Shown here in pieces: positions 25,278-31,626 of a stretch of 32,246 nt of DNA. The translations under genes and the position numbers were made by a program. Position 1 is the first letter of the stretch. Each line of letters starts with the position of its first letter. Origin of the DNA: an uncultured Candidatus Saccharibacteria bacterium (lineage in GTDB: Bacteria > Patescibacteriota > Minisyncoccia > JACPKW01 > UBA11713); contig CAYISH010000002.1 in NCBI GenBank assembly GCA_964366035.1, positions 1-32,246 of the forward strand, written 5' to 3'. A model generated the notes under the pieces. It saw only the letters and a list, made by a program, of their open reading frames with translations. It did not search any database and was not told the origin of the DNA.

Positions 25278-26867
25278 TCAAACTTCCAAAAATCCGAGCT
25301 TCGCGAGACGGGAGCGGATAGCGCCGTCTTTGCGGCCGAATGTCTTGGCAAGTTCGGAAATGGAAGAGCCTTCCCCAAAAAGTTCCTCCAATTTTTTGTC
25401 TTGCGCTTTGTCCCAGGGCTGATAAGCATTGGCGTACATTCCCCGCATCGTGGCGAGCGCTGTCTCCTTTTCCTTATTTTTTTCTCGAGAAGCATTTTTG
25501 CTCGCCCCACTTCTCCCGCCGCACGCTCTTATAAAATTTGTATGCATGTTTTGTAGCTCGCCCTCTAGAAGAGCGGAAAATGTAGCTTCAGCTTCGCCTG
25601 ACTTGGCCTGAAATGCTCCGTCTTTTGCCAATACTTGGGGATGCACTTCAAACGTGCGTTCATTCCAGCCCAGGAGATGCAAACCCGCAAGCCGCCGCAC
25701 CCGCGAGAGCGCTACATAGCCCTGCCCAAATTCAAATACATCGCTTAAATCCATTACCGCTTCGTCCAAACTCATCCCCTGGCTTTTGTGTACGGTAATC
25801 GCCCACGCCAAGCGAAGCGGCAGCTGGGTAATGCGCGCCCGCACTTTGCCACCCTCTTCCACCGTCCAATCCATTGGAGAAACTTCGACCCGTCTTCCGC
25901 TCCGCATTTTCACCACAGGAAAGCCGGTGTATTGGCTAAACGCTTCCACCTTGCCCAATGTACCATTTACAAAACCTTCTTTGGGATTATTTTTCGTACA
26001 CATCACCGAAGCGCTGACTTTAAGTGACAGCTCTTCCGGCGAGAGACAGCCCTTTGTGAGCGAGGCGACCACGGCGCTTGGTCCCTTTGAAGACATGCTA
26101 AACACTCGGGCCGGGCCCGCCACGCCTCTAAGCATCTCATTATTTACTCGGTCTACATCAACATTATGCGAAAAAAGTTTCGGCGCTCCATTAGGCGCAA
26201 ACTTCTGATCAACTTTTCTTTTCTCAATATGGCGAAGATGCTCGCCAGTAAAGGCTCCGCGGCGGATAGCGGAAAGCATGGCCAAAAAATCAGCATCGTC
26301 CTGCCGATGTTGCTCGGTAAGATAGCAGACCACCGGATTTGCCGCCGCCCACGAAGAAGAATCGTACGCAAAACGAGGCAAGGGCAGGGCGGCCAGCATT
26401 GAGAGCATGCCATCCTCTTCTTCTCTTTTCACAATCGGCGGCAACTGGAAAAAATCTCCGACGAGTACAATCTGAAGGCCCCCGAACGGCCGCGGATTTT
26501 GCGAAATTTCCCGGCAGACGGCATCCACCATGGAAAGCATGTTGGGAGAAAGCATAGAAACTTCGTCTATGATAAGCACTCTGGCTTTACGCACTCGGCG
26601 CACGATATATTCGCTCGACGAAATTCTGTCGAGCTCGTAGCGGTCAAGCTTCGTCTTAATGCCGATGCCGCTCCACGAGTGGATAGTCATGCCGCCAATG
26701 TGGGTGGCGGCAATGCCGGTGGAAGCGGTAATAGCGGGCTCGATCCCGCGCGCGCGCAAATACGCTGCATACGTATTTATCGTATGCGTCTTCCCGCTTC
26801 CGGGCTCGCCCGTCAAAAACACATTCGCCCCGGTTTTCAATATGGAAAGTGAAAGTTCCTGATTCAT
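25278..26867 (-). CDS. PIF1/RecD-family (SF1B, AAA_30/UvrD_C_2-like) DNA helicase with a roughly 95-aa C-terminal HTH-like tail
   Basis: 529 aa. Walker A LTGEPGSGKTHT, Walker B VLIIDEVSML, motifs LVGDFFQLPP and AITVHKSQG. The tail carries PWDKAQDKKLEELFGEGSSISELAKTFGRKDGAIRSRLAKLG. Confidence 0.8.
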   Translation of the reverse strand: MNQELSLSILKTGANVFLTGEPGSGKTHTINTYAAYLRARGIEPAITASTGIAATHIGGMTIHSWSGIGIKTKLDRYELDRISSSEYIVRRVRKARVLIIDEVSMLSPNMLSMVDAVCREISQNPRPFGGLQIVLVGDFFQLPPIVKREEEDGMLSMLAALPLPRFAYDSSSWAAANPVVCYLTEQHRQDDADFLAMLSAIRRGAFTGEHLRHIEKRKVDQKFAPNGAPKLFSHNVDVDRVNNEMLRGVAGPARVFSMSSKGPSAVVASLTKGCLSPEELSLKVSASVMCTKNNPKEGFVNGTLGKVEAFSQYTGFPVVKMRSGRRVEVSPMDWTVEEGGKVRARITQLPLRLAWAITVHKSQGMSLDEAVMDLSDVFEFGQGYVALSRVRRLAGLHLLGWNERTFEVHPQVLAKDGAFQAKSGEAEATFSALLEGELQNMHTNFIRACGGRSGASKNASREKNKEKETALATMRGMYANAYQPWDKAQDKKLEELFGEGSSISELAKTFGRKDGAIRSRLAKLGFLEV

Positions 26868-26923
26868 AAGGAATAGGGGGCAGCCATTGCGCTGGCAGCT
26901 ACAGGAGCGTGCGTGAGCTGCCC

Positions 26924-27574
26924 TTAGTATTTCGCAAAATAGTTAATCGAGGCGCTGGCACGCAGAGAATCAATCCATGCTCTGGCCTCTTGGTTTAACT
27001 TCCCCGACTTCAGCTGATTCTTAATTTCTTCTTTTATTTGAACCTCCTGCCCCTTCGGGATAGCCACTTTATTGTCCTTAATATATTTCGCCGCTTCTTC
27101 GTCGCTTATCTGCGTTTTGTCGTAGAACATTTTCTCTACTCTCAGTTGGGTCGCCACTTGTTTTTTTAATTTCACTCTCGTCGTGCCTTCCGCCGCAAGC
27201 GCTTGCTCGAACGTAGTCCCCCGGGCGGTAACTTGTTCTTCGATAGTTTTTATTTTGGCATCCACTTCCTCATCCGGCGCTATAATTCCATTTTTATCCA
27301 ATGCGCCTTCTATTAGTTTCTCGGTAATAAGCGCGTCGAGCACCTGACTTCCAGAAGAACTTTCAAGCCTTTTGATGACGGCGAGGCGGCTTATGGGGCT
27401 TCCGTTTACCGTAGCCGCGATAAACAAGCCTTTGTACACAAAACCAAGGGCGGCTATAATAACCAGGACCGCCACAATAATCGCGGTTTTCGCGCTTACT
27501 ACAATCCCTTTTTTCCCATGCGGCGACTCATATCCCCGCGCCGTCGATGCTGTTTCTGTTTTATTTTCGTCCAC
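26924..27574 (-). CDS. SurA-N/PrsA-like periplasmic chaperone domain protein, membrane-anchored, with no PPIase domain seen
   Basis: 216 aa with a GTG start and a TM (AIIVAVLVIIAALGFVY). The line VNGSPISRLAVIKRLE...ALDALITEKLIE is typical of SurA_N-type chaperones. Confidence 0.6.
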   Translation of the reverse strand: MDENKTETASTARGYESPHGKKGIVVSAKTAIIVAVLVIIAALGFVYKGLFIAATVNGSPISRLAVIKRLESSSGSQVLDALITEKLIEGALDKNGIIAPDEEVDAKIKTIEEQVTARGTTFEQALAAEGTTRVKLKKQVATQLRVEKMFYDKTQISDEEAAKYIKDNKVAIPKGQEVQIKEEIKNQLKSGKLNQEARAWIDSLRASASINYFAKY

Positions 27575-27605
27575 AAAATTTAATTAAAAGATAATGCTTG
27601 CAGTA

Positions 27606-27636
27606 AGGAAAAATCGCGGCTGTAAGCCCAGACCGC
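27606..27636 (-). terminator. Possible terminator after obg and the small ORF
   Basis: On the minus strand, a GCGGTCTG/CAGCCGC stem (7 bp plus a bulge) is followed by GATTTTTCC. Confidence 0.4.
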
Positions 27637-27654
27637 CCCATTTTTTCTCCTGCG

Positions 27655-27783
27655 TTAAATCCTTTTGCTTTTCTTTTTACGAACGGGGTTCATTTTTGCA
27701 TTTTTCGCTTTTCCTTCAAGCCGCGGCGGCCGCGTAAGATGAAGCTCTTTTTCTTTTGACACCTTGGGGACTTGCTTTCTCAT
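27655..27783 (-). CDS. Hypothetical 42-aa lysine-rich peptide (below the ORF-track cutoff)
   Basis: ATG at 27783 and TAA at 27657-27655. It reads MRKQVPKVSKEKELHLTRPPRLEGKAKNAKMNPVRKKKSKRI. It sits 33 nt downstream of obg with no SD. It may be non-coding. Confidence 0.2.
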   Translation of the reverse strand: MRKQVPKVSKEKELHLTRPPRLEGKAKNAKMNPVRKKKSKRI

Positions 27784-27816
27784 ACAATCTATTACACCAC
27801 AAAACGTTCAAATATC

Positions 27817-28779
27817 CTACTTCGCGGAATTTATTTTATTCAAAATCTTTTTCACTTTTTCCAGACTTGCCCAGTCGTGAATGGAAATCGGCAATGTATT
27901 TTTGTTGCACTTTTTGAGCGCGGCAATTTTCTTCTTTATCTCTGCCGCCGATTGAGTATCGCTTTTCGACAAAAATATGTATTCGGTTTTTTTGGCGAGT
28001 TCCTGACTGAATGCCGCGAGCTCGTTTTTGATGGTATGGTAATCTTTTACGGGGTTCCCTGATTCCGCGGAAATAAGATGGAACAAAATTTTCGTCCGCT
28101 CGATGTGGCGGAGAAATTTTGTGCCAAGCCCCTTCCCCGTGGAGGCGCCTTCAATAAGGCCAGGGATATCGGCCAAAATAAGGTTAAAGTACGAGCCCAG
28201 ATTCGGCTCTAGGGTGGTGAAAGGATAGTTTGCCACGCGGCTTTTTGCTTCAGTCAGTTCGTTTAACAGGCTTGACTTGCCCGCATTGGGCAAACCGATC
28301 AGGCCCACGTCTGCGATGAGCTTCAATTCGAGCCGTAGCGTAAAGCGCTCGCCTGGAAGGCCTTTTTGAAACCGCTTCGGGGTGGTAAGCGTCGGTGAGC
28401 GGAAAAGAAAATTTCCCTTCCCGCCCATGCCGCCTTTGGCAACCAACACGCGCTCGCCGATTTTCAGCACTTCCTCGACCGTACCCGTCTCGATTTTTCG
28501 AATGACCGTCCCCACCGGAACTTTTAAGACAAGTTCCCCTCCGTCGGCGCCATCGCGAAATTGCTCTTTTCCATTCTCGCCGTCTAGGGCATGAATGTCT
28601 TTTTTGAATCTAAACTGGCTAAGCGCATTTAGATCGGAGACGCCTTCAAAATACACGCTCCCTCCCCTGCCGCCCGATCCGCCAGTAGGCCCCAAGCTCA
28701 TCAAGTTTTTATTGAACGTAACCGCGCCCCGTCCGCCGTTCCCCGCCCGCGCCGCAATGGTGATATCGTCAATTAACAT
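27817..28779 (-). CDS. obg: GTPase Obg/CgtA (short form, 320 aa)
   Basis: Obg fold at the N-terminus (MLIDDITIAARAGNGGRGAVTF...GGSGGRGGSVYF). G-domain motifs GLPNAGKSSLLN, DIPGLIEGAS and SKSD. Confidence 0.92.
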   Translation of the reverse strand: MLIDDITIAARAGNGGRGAVTFNKNLMSLGPTGGSGGRGGSVYFEGVSDLNALSQFRFKKDIHALDGENGKEQFRDGADGGELVLKVPVGTVIRKIETGTVEEVLKIGERVLVAKGGMGGKGNFLFRSPTLTTPKRFQKGLPGERFTLRLELKLIADVGLIGLPNAGKSSLLNELTEAKSRVANYPFTTLEPNLGSYFNLILADIPGLIEGASTGKGLGTKFLRHIERTKILFHLISAESGNPVKDYHTIKNELAAFSQELAKKTEYIFLSKSDTQSAAEIKKKIAALKKCNKNTLPISIHDWASLEKVKKILNKINSAK

Positions 28780-28799
28780 GTTTTGTTCATTCTCCGCCT

Positions 28800-29360
28800 T
28801 TAAGCCCCCGGTTTTATACTTCGCCCAAGTTCCTGAATTTTCAAAATGGCGACAGAGCTCGCGCCATGAGTAATCTCGCTATTCATCACCATTTTTACCG
28901 CCTTCGCGAATGTAATTTTAATTACTCGAATTTGTTCCGTGCCTTCCTGCTCAGATTTTCCATGCGCTAAGTCTTCGGCCAAATACATATGATTCGGCGA
29001 AACAAGAATAGTGGTAAATGGATCAATAATTCCTAGGTATGTCCACTTTTTTGCAACAAGGCCAGTCTCTTCCTTCAATTCTCTCTTTGCGGCCCGCAGC
29101 TTGCTCTCTTTGCCATCAATCCCGCCGCTGATTGCTTCCGTAGTTATCCTTTCAACCGCGTAATGATATTCTCTCGTCAAATAGATGTTTCCTTGGGCAT
29201 CCATCGGAATAACCGAGACGCCCCCTTTTTGCTCTATCACTCCAAAAATCCCAGGCTTTTTATCCGGCCTTATCACCTTATCTTCCCTCACTTTTATCCA
29301 GGGATTTTGATATACGGTCTTGGAATCAGTGACAATCCAAGGTCCTTTGCGTTTTTTCAT
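28800..29360 (-). CDS. NUDIX hydrolase (ADP-ribose pyrophosphatase-like)
   Basis: 186 aa. Nudix box GGIDGKESKLRAAKRELKEETGL. It lies 20 nt upstream of obg. TACAAT (29375-29370) is 9 nt before the ATG. Confidence 0.85.
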   Translation of the reverse strand: MKKRKGPWIVTDSKTVYQNPWIKVREDKVIRPDKKPGIFGVIEQKGGVSVIPMDAQGNIYLTREYHYAVERITTEAISGGIDGKESKLRAAKRELKEETGLVAKKWTYLGIIDPFTTILVSPNHMYLAEDLAHGKSEQEGTEQIRVIKITFAKAVKMVMNSEITHGASSVAILKIQELGRSIKPGA

Positions 29361-29527
29361 GGTTTTGCAATTGTATCGCTTTGTAGAATAAAATCTACTG
29401 GGCCGCGTTCATGCACGGCAACTTAGGTAAAGCTTCATCATACTGATTTGAAAAGCCAATTATTTTTCCGTAATCATGGAGCCAGATCATTAACTTCACC
29501 AAATTTCTGTCGGCATTCTCGTAGATG

Positions 29528-29581
29528 TTACACAATGAAGGAATTGTCGGCGCACTGGAGGATGTAGACAGTGTATGCCAT
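29528..29581 (-). pseudogene. Orphan 5' fragment of the GIY-YIG gene (17 codons)
   Basis: Inside repeat copy 1, ATG at 29581 reads [15 protein letters not shown], identical to the intact gene. It then leaves the repeat and reads IV-stop. Confidence 0.8.
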
Positions 29582-29670
29582 AAAATTAATAAGCGCAGAT
29601 GTAGTCCCTCGCTTCACTCGGGATGATGAAAATCTAATCCGCCCACGGCGGAAAGATTTTCTATCAGCTG
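29537..29670. repeat. 134-bp direct repeat, copy 1
   Basis: Identical at all 134 positions to 30829-30962 (compared base by base). Confidence 0.97.
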
Positions 29671-29802
29671 GGGGCATCGGACGAAGTTAGAACCGTTTTG
29701 CTGGGTAGGAAGTCGCACTTTTCAACATCGCTTTGAGTTTATAGATTTTATCCTACCGCAAAAAGCACTATTTTTAGCAATTTTAAGATATGCACACCCC
29801 CA

Positions 29803-29830
29803 TTGACTTTTCACACTCACCAGCTATATT
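29803..29830 (+). promoter_or_regulatory. Orphan promoter TTGACT-16-TATATT
   Basis: -35 is at 29803-29808 and -10 at 29825-29830. A hairpin plus T-run follows about 15 nt downstream, ahead of the NYN gene's own -10. Confidence 0.45.
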
Positions 29831-29843
29831 GAATATATACACG

Positions 29844-29886
29844 CCCCATGCCAGCCGAAAGGTCCGCTGGGGTTTTTGGTTTTTTT
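29844..29886 (+). terminator. Imperfect hairpin plus T5GGT7 run (intrinsic-terminator-like) just upstream of the NYN promoter
   Basis: Outer stem CCCCA / TGGGG and inner stem GCC-GAAA-GGT, then TTTTTGGTTTTTTT (29873-29886). Confidence 0.5.
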
Positions 29887-29905
29887 ACTGGTAAAATAGA
29901 GATAA

Positions 29906-30508
29906 ATGACAAAGGTGCTTTTTATTGACGGCGAAAACTTCAAAGGCAAAATCCGGTCTGTTTTCAAAGATGCGGGCAAAGGGAAACCCGTATGGCACGA
30001 GTACAACTTCAATGGCCTTCTGGATAAGGTGCTCGGGGGTGTTGAAATAGGCCAGAGAGTATTCTATTTCGCGCGCATCAATGAACACGAGGAGAGCAAA
30101 GAGAAATCAAAACAGCTTATTGAAGAACAGCGCTTGCTTAAAACCCATCTTGAGGGACAAGGATTTGAGGTGGTGTTGAGCGGCAGGGTCCGTGGGCAGA
30201 TGGAAAATGGCGAAGGCGGTAAGGGGAGAAAGGTATTGGTTTTCAAAGAAAAGGGCGTTGATGTGCGTATCGCCGTGGATATGGTAAGCATCGCCTGCGA
30301 TAAGAAGGCGGATGAGATAATTCTCGGCAGTTCCGACTCGGACTTGCAACCGGCAATCAAAGAAGTGCGTGCGCGCGGAGTTTTTTGCGTATACCTCGGA
30401 TTTGAAACACAACCGAATAAGGGAATTTCCTACACGACCAACAGGACTATCATTATCCGCAACTCGGAGATTTTTGAGTTTGAAAAAGTGAAAGAGGGGC
30501 TATTTTAG
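29906..30508 (+). CDS. NYN-domain (LabA/DUF88-like) putative ribonuclease
   Basis: 200 aa. NYN/PIN-like acidic motifs VLFIDGENF, KGVDVRIAVDM and ILGSSDSDLQPAIKEVRARG. Extended -10 TGGTAAAAT (29889-29897) lies 8 nt before the ATG. Confidence 0.75.
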   Translation: MTKVLFIDGENFKGKIRSVFKDAGKGKPVWHEYNFNGLLDKVLGGVEIGQRVFYFARINEHEESKEKSKQLIEEQRLLKTHLEGQGFEVVLSGRVRGQMENGEGGKGRKVLVFKEKGVDVRIAVDMVSIACDKKADEIILGSSDSDLQPAIKEVRARGVFCVYLGFETQPNKGISYTTNRTIIIRNSEIFEFEKVKEGLF

Positions 30509-30589
30509 AGGTGTGCTCTAATCATACACTAAATAACAGAAAAGTATCAGTGAATTATTGACAGCCCGATCAGTTAAACTGAGAAGCAG

Positions 30590-30617
30590 GATAACTGGGA
30601 TAACTGATAACGATAAC
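30590..30617. repeat. Cluster of four GATAAC hexamers
   Basis: GATAAC occurs at 30590, 30599, 30606 and 30612 (caGGATAACtgGGATAACtGATAACGATAACag). The cluster sits between the convergent NYN and GIY-YIG genes and ends 4 nt from the GIY-YIG stop. Confidence 0.9.
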
Positions 30618-30621
30618 AGAG

Positions 30622-30873
30622 TCAGGAGCGCTTTTCTGTAAGCTTAAGTTTCTTCTCCCGTTTCCATGATTTTATTTCCGCTTCGCGGGCGCGGGCTGCT
30701 TTTAAGGTCGAGTGGCTTTCGGAATGCGCAAGTGCAACAGGCCTTCGAATTTTTGTATAGTGCGCTCCGGATTTTGAGTTATTATGCCGATGCATCCTCT
30801 TCTCGAGATTGTTCGTACAGCCAACGTAGAAGGAATTGTCGGCGCACTGGAGGATGTAGACAGTGTATGCCAT
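30622..30873 (-). CDS. Small GIY-YIG nuclease-family protein (YhbQ/URI-domain-only type, 83 aa)
   Basis: The ORF track's 30622..31008 runs through the tRNA-Gln gene. The internal ATG 30873 gives [31 protein letters not shown]...AREAEIKSWKR, a complete GIY-YIG core. Confidence 0.8.
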   Translation of the reverse strand: MAYTVYILQCADNSFYVGCTNNLEKRMHRHNNSKSGAHYTKIRRPVALAHSESHSTLKAARAREAEIKSWKREKKLKLTEKRS

Positions 30874-30962
30874 AAAATTAATAAGCGCAGATGTAGTCCC
30901 TCGCTTCACTCGGGATGATGAAAATCTAATCCGCCCACGGCGGAAAGATTTTCTATCAGCTG
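30829..30962. repeat. 134-bp direct repeat, copy 2
   Basis: It covers the last 3 nt of tRNA-Gln, the 86-nt spacer (with hairpin TCCGCC-GTG-GGCGGA plus TTAGATTTT) and the first 45 nt of the GIY-YIG CDS. Confidence 0.97.
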
Positions 30963-31030
30963 CCGGGCTTGGATTCGAACCAAGGTGACGACTTTCAGAG
31001 AGTCGCATCCTACCACTAGATGACCCGGCA
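30960..31030 (-). tRNA. tRNA-Gln(CUG)
   Basis: Minus strand: TGCCGGG TC ATCT AGTGGTA GGAT G CGACT CTCTGAA AGTCG TCAC CTTGG TTCGAAT CCAAG CCCGGCA G. It has a U1-A72 pair and G73 as in bacterial tRNA-Gln, with anticodon CTG. 71 nt, no encoded CCA. Confidence 0.88.
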
Positions 31031-31064
31031 ATTTATCACTGCCTATGACGGCAATAACATAAAA

Positions 31065-31093
31065 ATAGTATCCTAGATTGCGGGTATTTTCAA
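31065..31093 (-). promoter_or_regulatory. Putative tRNA-Gln promoter TTGAAA-17-TACTAT
   Basis: On the minus strand, -35 is at 31093-31088 and -10 at 31070-31065, about 35 nt upstream of the tRNA 5' end. Confidence 0.5.
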
Positions 31094-31100
31094 TGAAGAT

Positions 31101-31130
31101 GCCCTGGCTTGCGTAGCCAGGGCTTTCTCT
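31101..31130. terminator. Hairpin between the 134-aa gene and tRNA-Gln
   Basis: 9-bp stem GCCCTGGCT / AGCCAGGGC. The T-run (TTTCTCT) is on the plus strand only, so the orientation is ambiguous. Confidence 0.45.
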
Positions 31131-31146
31131 AGAACAATTGCCTACC

Positions 31147-31551
31147 TTAGGGCGGCAGATCTAAAGCCTTGCAAAAAGCTTCGCGGGTTATTTGAGTTAA
31201 ATAACTCAGCAATATCTCGCCGACTTTGTTTCTCCAGTCTATCTCCACAATCACTTCAAGGCCCTCATACCTGCCTCTCTGCTGCCGAGGAGATATTGTT
31301 ATCGCTTTAAACCGCGCATTGTCATGCAGACGAAACCCCTTTTCCTTCAATGCCTCATCCATTTTCTTCTCCAAGCTTGGCTCGGCATAAGAATTTTTTA
31401 TGTCGAGTCCTGGATGGGCAAAGTTCTTTGAGAGTCTCGCGTGTATGCAATACTCCCCAAGCCAATCCCATTGGTCCTCCTTGCCCTGCTGCTTTTTGGG
31501 CCTCTCGTTCTTCTTAACCGAGAACTCTGTTAATCCTTCTGCCGCTTTCAT
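31147..31551 (-). CDS. Hypothetical protein, 134 aa, no recognisable family
   Basis: A complete ORF with a strong SD (AGGAGG at 31564-31559, 7 nt before the ATG). Charged N-terminus, no TM or signal peptide. Confidence 0.6.
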   Translation of the reverse strand: MKAAEGLTEFSVKKNERPKKQQGKEDQWDWLGEYCIHARLSKNFAHPGLDIKNSYAEPSLEKKMDEALKEKGFRLHDNARFKAITISPRQQRGRYEGLEVIVEIDWRNKVGEILLSYLTQITREAFCKALDLPP

Positions 31552-31626
31552 GCCTTGTCCTCCTTTTGTTAATGCATCTTAACTCTTGATACCATCCGTT
31601 CTGCGAGTGGTCAATAATTAGTTATG

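Noticed and set aside
30874-31008. N-terminal 45-codon extension of the GIY-YIG ORF in the ORF track (start at 31008)
   Set aside because: The extension is translated straight through the tRNA-Gln gene and its spacer. The GIY-YIG domain is complete from the internal ATG at 30873.
1567-31123. Shared 10-mer CTTGCGTAGC in the loops and stems of the uvrC terminator (1567-1594) and the hairpin at 31101-31123, as a possible REP-type element
   Set aside because: There are only two instances with different stems, and a 10-mer recurrence is expected by chance at this window size. They are treated as independent terminators.
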